From Eledone cirrhosa (taxonomy: Eukaryota), in contig OZ024743.1 of the NCBI GenBank assembly GCA_964016885.1, positions 288,176,001-288,240,000 of the forward strand: a stretch of 64,000 nucleotides of DNA. Reading direction: 5' to 3'. A program made the position numbers and the translations under genes. Positions 1 through 14,172 of the stretch are shown in pieces. The notes beneath the pieces were generated by a model. It ran no database searches. It saw only the letters and a program-made list of their open reading frames with translations, and was not told where the DNA came from. The stretch's first letter is position 1; every line of letters starts with the position of its first letter.

Positions 1-150
1 CGGAGCCCTTTTTCTCCAGGTCTGAATAGAACAGATTTCTAACAGAGAAGAATAGAGAGAGAGAGAGAAATATACAAGAGGAATAGACCCCAATACTAAA
101 CAGGTACTTATTTTATCGATCTGGAATGGAAGAAAGACAAAGTTGACCCC

Positions 151-224
<74 letters not shown>

Positions 225-392
225 ATATACAGATTAATTGATATACAAAATGTCAACGCACAGTACGATAACCACTAGATGTAAATTTGGCGGGAAATTA
301 CCAAAAACAGATCTCACTCACAAACAATAATGTTATGGATACAACTTGTTTTTATATCTTGCAAATAAATAACATAGAATCAAGTATAAATA

Positions 393-582
393 TAATAATT
401 GTTTCTACTTTTGGCACAAGGCCAGCAATTACCCAGTGCATTACTGGTACTTTATTTTATCGACCCCGTAAGGATGAAAGGCAAAGTTAACCTCAGTGGG
501 ATTTGAACTCAGAATGGCAAGGGCCGTAACTCTATGCGTCAAAGCATGGCGTCCGACCCTCTACTGATACTGCCAATCCACC
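393..582 (-). mobile_element. tRNA-derived SINE, family S1
   Basis: Reverse complement of the consensus ggtggattggcagtatc (A box)...gagttcaaatccc (B box)...gcctttcatccttacggggtcgataaaataaagtaccag...gccttgtgccaaaagtagaaacaattattat, seen in many copies in this window. Confidence 0.9.
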
Positions 583-1631
583 AATAATATTACTTAGATA
601 ACATTAGCAATATATATATATATATACCTCCATGCCATAGATCCTTACATCCTGAGGGAGTATGTAGGGTGAGTAAAACATTAGAAGACAATCCAAATCT
701 AGGTCTTAAACTAGTCAAATTCTTCCAGAAATGGAAAGAGAAGGAAAGATGGAGGAAGTGAGAAAGGTATACTCAAGAAGAATCGATTCCAAAACTGCAA
801 CATAAGGGCTTGAAGTGGCTCTGTTCTATGAACGTTAGATAGGGAGTGGCACTTGTACGCCAACATAATAGTTAGCGACATGAAATTTCATATTTGCCAC
901 AAAATTGTATATGACATTGTTCACCAGAATATCTTTTTCCCTTATTCGTGACATAAGTATCCTAGCTTGCTATTGATAGAGAGATTATATATTTCTGTGT
1001 GTTTTATACATTATCCAGGGTAGTTTATGGTTGGGTATTATGCATGCCTTGCTCTGTTTCACGAAATACTCGATAACATATTTATGTAGTTTATAGCCGA
1101 TTTACAATTGGTTCAAACAATGCATTCTTTGTATGATTTGTATTTCTAGTTATGCGTTGTGTTGTATGTTTTGCGTTTAACGTGTTTCTATATTGTTCTG
1201 TATATCGTTCTACATATGATATACATATCTGAAGCGACTAAAATTAGTAGTTTTTTTTTTTAGTACTTCTTTTGTTGAGGAGAATCTAAAGGATTCTCGC
1301 AATGTAGAAATTGTATAACCAACTTTATATATCTATACGTATATTTACAGGATTTCGTTATAGGTTTGTTTTTGTAGTAGCTCTTGTGTTGTTTCTTGTT
1401 ACATCTAAAACCACAGTTGTTGATTTGCTTTGAAATTTAGTTAAAACTATGGGAAATGAAAATTTAAGCATATGTAAACGCACTGACTACAGTACACACC
1501 TTTTCGTTCTTTATTCCAAATACATATATTAACTTTTACTTACATATAAGACACACAGAGGTCTATACGATTTTGCTTTTTCTGTCTCTTTCTGCTCCAC
1601 GACGAAAGTCTTACTAAATCTTACAGCATCT

Positions 1632-1794
<163 letters not shown>

Positions 1795-2039
1795 CATGTT
1801 CACATACACACGCAAACTCAGGTGTATATAGACGTGCTACAGAACATGCTCACGTGTGCATGTTAGAATAGCTGGACACTCACAGTAAAGTGACCAGTGA
1901 AAAAAACTTGGTACATCTACATATGTATACGTGTGTGTATTCATATGCATACTAGTATTTCAGTATACATATGTGGATGTACATTTTTAACTTAATTGTT
2001 TATATATATATATATATATACATACACACATATATATGT

Positions 2040-2360
2040 GACACACAAAGACAAGATGGCGTAGGACAGAACAAAGGAGAGGCACAAAAAACAAAGAAAA
2101 GAATCCCCAGTCACTGAAGAGGTCACAGAATGTGTGACGAAAGAACTTTGACAATATATAAACAACCATCTGGTTGTGGAACCAACCAACCAACCGGAAA
2201 TTTATAAATTCCTAAATTTATGAATTTATTATAAGAAATTGAAGTGAAAGCTTTGGTGCGTGTGTTTCTTATTGGCAACATGACCCTCCCAAAGTATAAC
2301 AATATCGGTTTCAACACACGGTTTCAGATAAAGAATCTTGCTAAACAAATTCAGAAACGA
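2040..2360 (+). mobile_element. Diverged pseudo-LTR plus ORF start of PLE family A
   Basis: Shares aagatggcgtag, the hammerhead core and atgaccctcccaaagtataacaat with the pLTR at 56592-57130. Translates to [22 protein letters not shown] versus [22 protein letters not shown] at 57106. Ends in (TA)n. Confidence 0.75.
2110..2152 (+). ncRNA. Minimal type I hammerhead ribozyme motif (PLE-A variant)
   Basis: gtca-CTGAAGA-g-gtcaca(gaatg)tgtgac-GAAA-gaac-TT-tgac; stem I gtca/tgac and stem II both pair. Confidence 0.6.
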
Positions 2361-3061
2361 AATATATATATATATATACATATATATAAAGGCATGTGAC
2401 AGTGTACGTTATGTATAATATAACTGAATTGGACGCTGAATGACCGGAGCGAGCCACAGAATTATTCATTGTTTTCTTCATTCCCTGCACATTTTCTAGT
2501 CATGTGCTAAATAAACCAATTGAAATATGGCAAACATTACTGACCGCCATCACTCACGCCTCTTACTATTCAACACTACAGCACCCTTCTCTCACTCACT
2601 ACAGATAAAATGATCTATTTACGTTTAGTATTCTTGGCATTTGGTTTTCATACCAATAGATTTTATGTATGTATGTATGGATGTATGGATGTATGGATGT
2701 ATGTATGTTTGTTTGTATTATGTACCTTATATATATATATATATATATATATGTATACATATGTGTGTGTATGTGTATGTGTGTGTATACATATGTATAT
2801 ATATATATATACACACACACAGACACATATATATATGTATATATGTATATATATATTTATATATATATATATATATATATATGTATTTATATATATATAT
2901 ATTTATATATATATATTTTTATATATATATATTTTTATATATTTATATATATATGTATATATATATGTATATATATGTATATACATATATATATATATAT
3001 TTATGTATTTATATATATATATATATATATACATATATATATACACATATATACACATATA

Positions 3062-3126
<65 letters not shown>

Positions 3127-3152
3127 TTATTTATTTGCGAGTACGTAGTATG

Positions 3153-3241
<89 letters not shown>

Positions 3242-3252
3242 CGGCGATAACA

Positions 3253-3283
<31 letters not shown>

Positions 3284-3719
3284 AATATATGCATATACAC
3301 CCTCCCCATCCCCACACACACATACACAGATAGACACACATATACGCACGCGCGCGCACACACGCGCGCACACACATATATATATTTTTTCTGTCATTTT
3401 TGGACTTTGTTTTGTTTTTGTATTGTCTCAAATTCTGATAGCTTTTGATTAAAGAGAGACAATGTGTGTATAGAGAGGAGGGGGCTATACAGTCCGTAGT
3501 GTTGGTGGAGGAGATGGGGGGGGGGGACAGTTGAAGTAGATTCACACATGGAAACGAGCCAGTTAGAATTCAGTATCAGAGAGATAAACAAATTTAATTA
3601 AAGATTGGTTTCAACGCGCACAAACACATACGCGCATACACACATACACACATACACACATACACACATACACTCATACACTCACATGTACGCGAATATA
3701 TCGAGGCATTGATACCCAT

Positions 3720-3805
<86 letters not shown>

Positions 3806-3816
3806 GTATATATATG

Positions 3817-3901
<85 letters not shown>

Positions 3902-3946
3902 ATATATATATGTATATATGTATATATATATATGTATATATATATG

Positions 3947-3993
<47 letters not shown>

Positions 3994-4091
3994 TTAATGT
4001 GTGTGTGTTTAAGTGAACATGTGTGAATATATATATGTATGTATGTGTGTGTGTGTGTTTAAGTGAATGTGTATGAATATATGTGTGTGAA

Positions 4092-4173
<82 letters not shown>

Positions 4174-4198
4174 CAAAATTATTCACCCACATTTACTT

Positions 4199-4302
<104 letters not shown>

Positions 4303-4447
4303 CTGTGTGTATGCTTTTATGCGTATGAGAAAGCGTAGACAGAGAGACGTTTAAACCGCCACGAATCACTGACATATAAATCTATTTCTTAATATAATTA
4401 AATTGAAGTGTATATGTATATCTCCATTTAACTATCACGTGGTGTAT

Positions 4448-4488
<41 letters not shown>

Positions 4489-4780
4489 AATAATTACTTG
4501 TGTACGAATACACACACACACACACACACATTTATATATATATATATATATATATACTTGTGTACGTATACACACATACACACGCACATATATATATACA
4601 CACACGCATACACACACACACTCACACACACACACACACACACGCATATATATGTATATATATACATACATAAATACATACAAACATACATGAATACATA
4701 TGTATTTACAAATCCGGTTAACTTAAGCAACATAGAAAAATTTGAAATGTGAAATGTAGTCGTCCCAATATATATGACTA

Positions 4781-4948
4781 TAATAATTATTTCTAGTTTT
4801 GGCACAAGGCCAGTAACTATACCAGCGCATTACTGGTACTTTATTTTATCTACCCCGTAAGGATGAAAGTTAACCTCGGTAGCGGGATTTGAACTCAGAT
4901 TGGCAAAGGCCGTAACTCCATGTTGCAAAGCATAGCGTCCGACCCTCT
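4781..4948 (-). mobile_element. SINE S1, 5'-truncated, left member of a head-to-head pair
   Basis: Reverse complement of S1 from the tail back to gcgtccgaccctct. Confidence 0.85.
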
Positions 4949-4955
4949 CGATAAT

Positions 4956-5148
4956 GGTCGGACGCCATGCTTTGCAACATAGCGTTACGGTCCTTTATCA
5001 TCTGAGTTCAAATCCCGCCGAGGTTAACTTTGCCTTTCATCCTTACGGGGTCGATACAATAAAGTACCAGTCACGCACTGGGTCGATTTGATTGACTTTC
5101 CTCTCCCCCAAAATTTCTGGCCTTGTACCTATATCAGAAACCATTATT
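4956..5148 (+). mobile_element. SINE S1 (long 3' variant), 5'-truncated, right member of a head-to-head pair
   Basis: ggtcggacgccatgc...gagttcaaatcccgccgagg...gtcgatttattgac...gaaaccattat. Confidence 0.85.
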
Positions 5149-5402
5149 ACTATGCGTGTGTATGTGTGTGTGTGGGGGTGGGTGGGTGGTGAGTATAACA
5201 ATAGTAGATCAATACAAATATTAGTTGCGAAAACTGGGTAAAGTATATATATATATATATAATTGGTTATGCACGAGTGCATTAATGTTTTCCAGGACAC
5301 AGTGTTATGTACCGTGTAGTGGAATGACAGCTTACAACAGAGTGGTGCTCAACGAAATGCAGAAAAAAGGTGTATATTCCAGTATAGCTATATTCCGGGG
5401 CC

Positions 5403-5447
5403 TGCCTAGATCTCGCTACATCTTATAGATGTAGCGAGATCTAGGCA
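5403..5447. repeat. Perfect 21-bp inverted repeat with a 3-nt loop
   Basis: tgcctagatctcgctacatct-tat-agatgtagcgagatctaggca. Confidence 0.9.
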
Positions 5448-5520
5448 AATTGATGTCTATTGAAACTTACGTAAGAACCTAATAAATCTCTTTTACTGCA
5501 TCTTTCTGTTCTTTTTAATT

Positions 5521-5592
<72 letters not shown>

Positions 5593-6236
5593 TTATTTAT
5601 TTATTTATATATGTATATATATAGTATTATATGCATGCAGACCAAATTCTGATTTCACCCTAAAGTGGTTGTATATATATAATCTTTTTATCCTCCTCTA
5701 TACCTCTTTCGCATGTATTGTTTCCTTTGCATTGACTTACTTGTTACTTCCCATCAGAAAATTATTTAACAAATGGTTATGTCTCTGGAAATCAATAACC
5801 AATTGTGATATAAGATATACGCATAATGAGTTCGTTTTTACCTAGAATCTATACAACGACTTCCACCTTTAAACACCCAGCGGTGGATTGCTAGAACTTT
5901 TAGAGCATCGGACAAATACCATGCATTATTTGTTGCAGCTCTTTGTGCTGTGCGTTTAAATCTCGTTTTAGTCGACTTGAATGAATACTTAATCTATCGC
6001 CACATTTAACAGCTACACCTGAACCACCAATGCATTTAACGGAATCCGATCTGCTGCAAGAATTCGGACCAGCCCCCCCCCCCCCCCCACACACACACAC
6101 TTGTCGCTGAATTCCCTAAATAGGTCAGAGTCACTACTCGTCACTCCTTGACTAAACTGTAAAGTAAAAGGAAAACCGAACAAAAAATAAAACAACACAG
6201 TACGTATAATCATTTTTATTATTATATCTCAGTTTA

Positions 6237-6430
6237 GGGCGGTGGATTGGCAGTATCAGTAGAGGGTCGGACGCCATGCTTTGACGCATAGAGTTACGGC
6301 CCTTTCCATTCTGAGTTCAAATCCCGCCGAGGTCAACTTTGCCTTTCATCCTTAAGGGGTCGATAAAATAAAGTACCAGTAATGTACTGGGTAATTGCTG
6401 GCCTTGTGCCAAATGTAGAAACAATTATTA
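6237..6430 (+). mobile_element. SINE S1, full length
   Basis: A box, B box, central domain and attatta tail all present. Confidence 0.9.
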
Positions 6431-6729
6431 TATCTTAGTTTCTTTCGATAACCAAAACAAGAAAGTGTGAAGTTGTGGCTTGTATACTTTGTAAAAGAAC
6501 TTTAATAGTGGATGTGGATCGAAGAGGCTTCCGCCAGGAATCTCTTTACTATAAATACGAAGAAATTACTCTCAGTTTATACGGTGCTCACAACACCTAA
6601 TAATAATTTTATATTGGTGAACATCAGCTATAAAGAATTCGCTGAAAATCCTGTCAAAACAGCTGCTGCAGTCATTTGTTTTCAGTGTAACATAATTACA
6701 CGTGCATTGTGTGTGTATGTGTATTGTGT

Positions 6730-6787
<58 letters not shown>

Positions 6788-6937
6788 TGTATATATATAT
6801 TTATATATATATATATATTATATATATATATTATATGGAGTTAATCGATTAGACTTGTGCTATCCACACTACGATCAGTCAACGGTGATGCAAATGGTAT
6901 AAAGTACTGGAGGACGTGCATTATATATATATATAAT

Positions 6938-7121
6938 GCGGTGGATTGGCAGCATCGGTAGAGGGTCGGACGCCATGCTTTGAAGCATAGAGTTACCTCC
7001 CTGTATGATCAGAGTTCAAATCCCGCCGAGGTTAACTTTGCCTTTCATCCTTACGGGGTCGATAAAATAAAATACCAGTAATGCACTGGGAAATTGCTGG
7101 CCTTGTGCCAAAAGTAGAAAC

Positions 7122-7127
<6 letters not shown>
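6938..7127 (+). mobile_element. SINE S1, full length
   Basis: Matches the S1 consensus and runs into (TA)n. Confidence 0.9.
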
Positions 7128-7187
<60 letters not shown>

Positions 7188-7197
<10 letters not shown>

Positions 7198-7283
7198 CGT
7201 AAAATAAGAAAGTTATAAAATTAACTTACTTACTTAAGTAAGTAAGTTAATTTTATAATTTTCTTATTTTACGTCTCTCATAT
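7188..7283. repeat. About 96-bp near-perfect palindrome abutting (TA)n
   Basis: tgagagacgtaaaataagaa...cttactt|aagtaag...ttcttattttacgtctctca, centre 7235/7236, about one mismatch. Confidence 0.9.
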
Positions 7284-7394
7284 TATTGTTCTGCAACCCC
7301 ATGCATTGAACCACATAGTTACTAAGACAAAACCTATATATTTGCTAACATAAGTATGCATCTGTGTATATATATGTTACTAGATATACTAATT

Positions 7395-7472
<78 letters not shown>

Positions 7473-7474
7473 TA

Positions 7475-7590
7475 TAGGAAAAGAGTCAGGACCCCGACGG
7501 TTGAGCTCCAGCCACTTCGACAGCTAGATCCGAACGAGTACTCTGGTGTGTTATGGTCCACCTGGTTCCTTACCACACTTTCTTTGTAAT
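7475..7590. mobile_element. Fragment of the hammerhead-derived palindromic family P (cf. 22808 and 48032)
   Basis: gaccccgacggttgagctc... plus the tail gttatggtccacctggttccttaccaca, shared with 22950-22975 and 48186-48213; flanked by TA repeats. Confidence 0.7.
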
Positions 7591-9179
7591 ATATTTATAT
7601 ATATATATTCGTATTTAGATCGGGAACGCCGTTCCATCCAATCACTCCTTTCTATTTTAGGTCGTCAGAGCCAACATCTGAATTGAAGTTTCCATTCTCA
7701 CCTGTGCAGTCATTTCTGGTGTCACAGCTGAATAGTAGAGTCCCCCCCCCCTCTATTCAAATCTAGAGTACTAGAGAAATGGAACTTTATTGGGGAAACC
7801 CCGACTATATCTAGCCGATAGCATCTGGCTCCCTGTCTGTATAGGTTGTAACGTTCCGCTTATCAATTGTCAGGTTTTTCCCCATGCCAAATCCTCTCTG
7901 GATACATACCCTTTATGTGTCCATCCAACGCATCACAGGATAAGTTGCAGGCCCATCGCCAGTTCTTGAAGCGTTGGATGGAGACCACAATATACTTTTC
8001 AAATATGCCTCTCTATCTAAGTTCTGAATGCGTCCCTTGTTATTTCGTACGAAGGAGGATGCAGTATAAATCCTTTCATAGTTTCCCATACGAGAAAAGA
8101 CGCAAAAATCCGGGCACTCAACAAGATAACTTTGGGGCTAATGCAGGGCAAACTTTGAAACCTTAGGTAGCAAGCACCTATGAATAAATCAGAATACCAA
8201 ATCTCTTTTAGTTGAATTTCTCATGGTCTAAGGATACCTTAGATTTTAGGCACAAGTTCAATAATTTCGAGGGAACGAAAATTCGTAATCAAACTGATGT
8301 GTTATCTCAACGCTGGAGCTAATCAATTTTGTTCGTCGCTCCAATGATTATACTAATCCCCCGCACCACTGTTTCTCGGCTTAACACCACCACCCGACCC
8401 TTACATGCATTTAGCGGAGTCCATTATTTTGAAAAAATTGAAGACAGATCTTTCGTTTAAGGATATTTTCCTCTTTACCACCCTCAGTGGTAGGCCCTGA
8501 GAAGGGTCATACGCTCTGCCCTTCCGTCTCTAACTAAGCATTATGATGGAAAACAAATATGTGTATCAAAAACAATAATGCAGTTGACAAAATGTCTATC
8601 GGCATTTAATCAGGTCATTCTAATAATATTTGTGTTCATATCATGCTGGGACAGACAATGCATTTCCACAGTCTGCGGTCGATAGAATAAAAACGTATCA
8701 GTGAGGTACAAGAGTCGTTAAACTGTCACCGATGAAATTTATAACTATGCATCTATGCTAGAAATCAGATTTACTTTGATAGGTAGAAATGTCAGGCTAC
8801 GGTGAACTAAAGACAAATACTTTTTGCATTATCTTTAATGGCATTGGCACAGCTAAGTTGGGTCAGTAGGAGGTGAAGACAGAATGACACTGTCTACTTT
8901 AAGGTGTTGAAATAAACGTGATATTCAGTTGACCACAAATGATGCTAACATCACGCAGCAGAAAATTCTTTGACGGACAATGCCCACACACATACATACG
9001 CATACAAGTACACACACATATACCCCCCCCTCACACACATACAGACATACACACACACATACACACACACAAACACAGAAAGCACACACGCACGTGTTCT
9101 GTTTCTCTCTTAACATCTTTCTCTTTTTAATTAGCTGTCTCATCTCTATAGCATATTCTATATAACATGTTAGTATTGC

Positions 9180-9640
9180 ATTCAGTCATCAGAAGAATGG
9201 GGGTCAGTGTAAAGGCCAAACTCGCTATCTTCAATTCGATATTTCTACCAATCATAGCCTATGGTCATGTATCTTAGATAATGACCAAAAGAGTAAAATC
9301 GCAAATATAAGCGGCCGAAATGCGGTTCCACCGAAGGGTCAATGAAGTAACGTTAGTCGATAGAATGCGTAACTCGGAGATCAGAGTCGTTTCAAGTAGA
9401 GTTGCTACTTCTCCGAATTAAGAGATCGTAGATCGGATACTATGAGCATGTGATTGGAATGTCTAAGAAAAGAATTACTGGACAAATTCTAAGGGCAAAA
9501 ACCAAGCGGCAGGAGACCCAGGGGTAGACCTCGAGGCGAATGGTTGGATAACATCCATGAACCTGTGTGCTCACGCTTGGGGATACATCTGGATCAATTG
9601 GAGATGTTTGCTTCTGACAGGATCCACTGAAGTACAATCA
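9180..9640 (+). pseudogene. Degenerate RTE-clade (Rex3/Expander-like) non-LTR retrotransposon, 3' coding fragment
   Basis: Manual translation KAKLAIFNSIFLPIIAYGHVS*IMTKRVKSQI*AAEMRFHRRV...DRMRNSEIR resembles the post-RT region of RTE elements; contains stops. Confidence 0.65.
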
Positions 9641-9657
9641 GAAGATTCCGTCGTATT

Positions 9658-10000
9658 TATGAAATCGTGTGTCTAAACAAATTTTGTTATACTTGGGGAG
9701 GGTCATATTGTTGTAATATTGCGTAAAAATGGCGTAGATATACAATGCAACAGGAGAAAAGATAATAGTACCACTGATGATGTTGCAGGTGTGCAACGAA
9801 CGAACTTTGATAGACTATATATATATATATTTATATCTGTATTTTTAACCGATGGTCAATCAATGATAAACATTGATTGCCAAATAAATTAACCATGGAG
9901 ATATAAACAATCAGAAGCGACAACCAACCAAACAGTGAGTGTATTCTGTTATCATGTCTGGCAGTATTACAACAATATGACCCTCCCCAAGTATAACAAT
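9658..10000 (+). mobile_element. PLE family A solo pseudo-LTR with an inverted tip (9658-9722)
   Basis: aaaatggcgtag...ctgatga-tgttgca ggtg tgcaac-gaac...atgaccctccccaagtataacaat then (TA)n. 9658-9722 is the reverse complement of the pLTR end plus tail. Confidence 0.8.
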
Positions 10001-10013
10001 ATATATATATATA

Positions 10014-11203
10014 TTGGGAGGGTCATATTTGTGTAATAATGCCAGAATTAATAACAGAACACACTCACTGTTTGGTTGGTTTTCACTTTTGCTTCTGTGT
10101 CTTTTATATCGGTTAATTTACTTTATTCGGTCCTCAATGTTGCCATTGACTGACCACGGTAAAAAATACAGATACAATATAGACACAAACACATATATAT
10201 AGTCTATCAAAGTTCTTTCGTTGCACATCTGCAACATCGTCAGTGGTGCTATTGTTTCCTCCCGTTGCATTGTATGTCTACGCCATCTTTATTTGGTCTG
10301 TTTATATATTTATTTATTTGTTTATTTTTTGTCTTCTTTGCGCATGCGTTTGCGTGTGTGTATAGTGTTTTGTTTGATGTGTGTTCGTGTTTGGGTGACT
10401 GTGTATTGGTTAATGTATTCTATCTTTAATAGTGTGTGTTTATATGTGTTTGTTGTTATTGTGCTTGTGTGTGTATTTATTTATTTATCTATTTACTTAT
10501 TTATTTATACTTCTCTTAGGTCAGTGCTGTTTGTTTGGGTGTTGTTGTTATTCCATTCATCTTTTCTGTTTAGTTTGGCCTTCTAAGCTCTATTTCACTG
10601 GCCTCTCTGATTTGCCTATCTGCTGGGTCATTTCTATCTTTAGATATTATTCTAATTTCTATGTTGTCTATGTTACCGTCGTGTTGTTGTCTGGCATGTT
10701 CGTATAGTACTGAACCGTTTTTTCGTCCTTTTAGTTCCCCCCAGTGTTGGTCTATCCTTTCACCTATGCTACGAGCTGTCTCGCCTATGTATGTTGTTGT
10801 CATGTTTCTGCAAGTACCCTCTGTACATCTTATGCTATAGACTACGTTTCTAGTTTTACAGTTTATCCGGGGGTTTACTTTACATATGATACATTTCCTA
10901 TTAGTACAGTGGGTTTTCTTAAAAGGGTAGGTTTTGCTGATCAGGGATTTTATGGTGGTTCCTGGCTTTTCTACCACCTTAATCTTTAAGTGGGTCTTTC
11001 TCAGGGCCTTTCTACACTGGTTAGCTAATTTCCCTCCAGGGGTAGCGTCCACAAACATGACACTCTGGTATCTCTGGTTGTCGTACCATGAGGTGGCTTT
11101 CCCTATCTTATGTCTAGCCCTATCTAAGCTATTCCATGATTTGCTCCTGTATAATGGGCAAATTCCTTTCATGTCTAGTTCTATGAGGGTCTTATACTTC
11201 TCC
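10014..11203 (-). mobile_element. 5'-truncated PLE family A copy (GIY-YIG region plus 3' pLTR)
   Basis: ORF 10570-11172(-) is nearly identical to 60033-60734 (NVVYSIRC...YIGETARSIGERIDQH). The pLTR with hammerhead core lies at about 10205-10248. Confidence 0.92.
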
Positions 11204-11240
11204 GAACGGATCTATCTGTCGTCGGAGTCCTGACTCTTTT

Positions 11241-11301
<61 letters not shown>

Positions 11302-11756
11302 AACTCGTAGAGCAAATGTTTATTATTAGTACAGATTAAAGTTTAAGCAAATAATTTCTGCTTCCACTTAATACGAGATCTTCTGATTGAGAACTGCTGG
11401 TTAAAAAAAACCCTTTGATTTCAACCTCTGTGTGTCAGGCAGTGAATAATCCTATCTTTCAATATTTTAATCAACTTATTCTCAAAATACCGACGTGGGT
11501 TGAATGTTTGCAGCAGTTTGGATTGACCTGAAGACTAGCGATCATATTGTGTTATACCGGTCTGGTTTGCAATTTCTGATCAAGACCAGCAATTTGTAGG
11601 AAAGTAAAAATCAGCCATATCAATCCGCGTATTTGACCGGTGCAGCATTATTTTAACAACTTCGCAATGGTGAAAGGCAAAATTGCTCTCTGTTGCGTTT
11701 GAATTCAAAACATAAAAATCCAGAACAAATATCGCAGAGTATTTGACCGACGTGAA

Positions 11757-12030
11757 GGTGCATGGCTTAGTGGTTAGAGCAGTGGGCTTGCAATCGAAAG
11801 GTTGTGACTTCAATTCTCGGACCGGTGATGTGTTGTTTCCTTGAGCAAGACACTTTATTTCAAGTTGCTCCAGTTTACTCAGCTGTAGAAATGAGTACTG
11901 GCCTGCCCGCTCAGCTAGTGGGATGGCGTTATCTTATGGCTAAAACAACACGACGTGCTGTGACTAGCGGCGCCGATTGGCGCCCGACAGACTGGTCGGT
12001 CAAGGTGATCAAGGTGATTTGACCGACACA
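11757..12030 (+). mobile_element. Second tRNA-derived SINE (CORE-like), family S2
   Basis: tggcttagtggttagagc (A box), degenerate B box gacttcaattctc, then ccttgagcaagacacttt...ctcagctgtagaaatgag, which resembles the CORE domain (from memory). 3' boundary uncertain. Confidence 0.6.
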
Positions 12031-12048
12031 ATTCCCCACCCTTTCAAA

Positions 12049-12113
<65 letters not shown>

Positions 12114-12338
12114 TATTTATAGCTAACTTCCTCATTATTTAGCATGTGTCTGGAACAAAGGTTCTTTTCAGAAATTATGAGGGAAATTGTTTCGTATCAT
12201 AGCATACCATCATCATCGTCTTGAACAATTTTCAAAAGAGTCATCTTGAATATCTGAGACAAGTGGCTCAATCATGAGACCATTGAATTTATGCTACCCC
12301 TTTGAGTGGTGTTTGCTTTTTTACTATAAAACATTTTA

Positions 12339-12782
12339 ATTGGCAGTATCGGTAGAGCGTTGGACAACATGTTTTGCGACATACAGAACTGCTCTCTATG
12401 TTCTGAGTTCAGATCCTGCCGAGATGAGTTTCGCTTTTCATCGTTACGGGACCGATAAAATAAAATACCAGTAACACATTGTGGTCAATTTAATCAATTT
12501 TGCCCTTCTGTTCAAATTGTTGGGGTGCTAAAATTAGAAATCATTATTATTATTGTGAGTTGTAGCAGGGCGGTGGATTGGCAGTATCGGTAGAGGGTCG
12601 GACGCCATGCTTTGCAGCATAGAGTTACGGCCCTTTGTGATCTGAGTTCAAATCCCGCCGACGTTAACTTTGCCATACATCCTTACGGGGTCGATAAATA
12701 AAGTACCAGTTACACACTGGGGTTGATTTAATCGATCCCCCTCTAAAATGCTGGCCTTGTGCCTATATAAGAAACCATTATT
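12339..12782 (+). mobile_element. Two tandem SINE S1 copies (12339-12554 diverged; 12568-12782)
   Basis: Both carry tggcagtatcggtagag, gagttca(g/a)atcc and the central domain. Confidence 0.85.
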
Positions 12783-13683
12783 GTTAGTAGTAATAGAAGT
12801 AGTAGGTGATATGATAGCGGTGGTATTAGTAGTAGTGATGATGTTAGCAGTAGTAAGTATCGTTAGAAATATGAGGATAAGTAGCAGCTGGAGTAGGAGG
12901 TGGAGGAAAAGGGCATTCAACAAATTAACGTTATAAAATTCCCACGTATGTCTTGGAACAGATCATTAAATCTTTTACAATGTTTTAATTTAATAAACAG
13001 TCTCCCACTGTACTCTAACGTCCCTAGGGTTCACTAGTATTGGGTCGTTAAGCATGAAATTTGTAGAAATTTCTAGTAAAAAAAACAACAAATTTCTACA
13101 AATTTCATACTTGACGAACCAATACTTATAAATCCATATAGACAACACTCGACAATATGTGTTTGGTTATTTATGCCTTTACATGCTCTACCGCACCAAA
13201 AAGGTCACGGCAATATGAGGGTCAATGTAATATATTATACCCTAAACATTGTGTTGGCCCACTCCAATCATTGTGCTCAAAGCTTATGGACTGGAGGGTA
13301 ATGGACCAAGCGGCTGTGTTGTTTTTGGCCTCGTCCTCCACTTGAATATTGCACCTATAGTATTTTCTTCGGCTTGGGCTACCTGTAATTGCTCTTTTGT
13401 GGGTACATGAAAACAACAGCACATATTAAACACAAAAGCAACAACAGCACACTTGAAATGGAAAAATAACAATAACATTAAACATCGAATAAAACAGCCC
13501 ACATCAATCACATCAACATCAAGTACATTAACAACAGCAACAACATCACCAATAATATATATAGAGAATATTAAAGATTTCCCTGCTATGTATTATATGT
13601 TACTGTCGAAAGAAGAATCTTTTGGACTTCATAAGATATGTCTGTTTATGTACATCGTAAGTGTGCATGTATGAGGGAAAGCA

Positions 13684-13765
<82 letters not shown>

Positions 13766-13881
13766 TGAAAAAAATGAAAACGAAATTTCATTTCTCACTC
13801 TTAGTATGGCACTTACTTAAATGTAAGTATGTATGTATACGTACATACATATATGTATACAGACGTACAGTAGCATGCATA

Positions 13882-13969
<88 letters not shown>

Positions 13970-14138
13970 CACATATGCATACAGGTACACATACATATAT
14001 GCACGCATCAGTTTAGCCGTCGTTTATTATAACGCCGGCCGCTTTGTTCGTTTGTTTGTCAACAAACCGAACAGCCTGAATTTATGCCATACGGTGTTAA
14101 GGCAACCACGTCACCTTTTTGTTCAACACTGACACATG

Positions 14139-14172
<34 letters not shown>

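Noticed and set aside
6237-6330. tRNA gene call from A/B boxes in S1 and S2 copies
   Set aside because: No complete cloverleaf; the boxes continue into a repeated SINE body.
7600-8250. Possible very old PLE RT remnant on the minus strand (LAMG-like motif)
   Set aside because: Too degenerate to support by eye; needs a translated HMM search.
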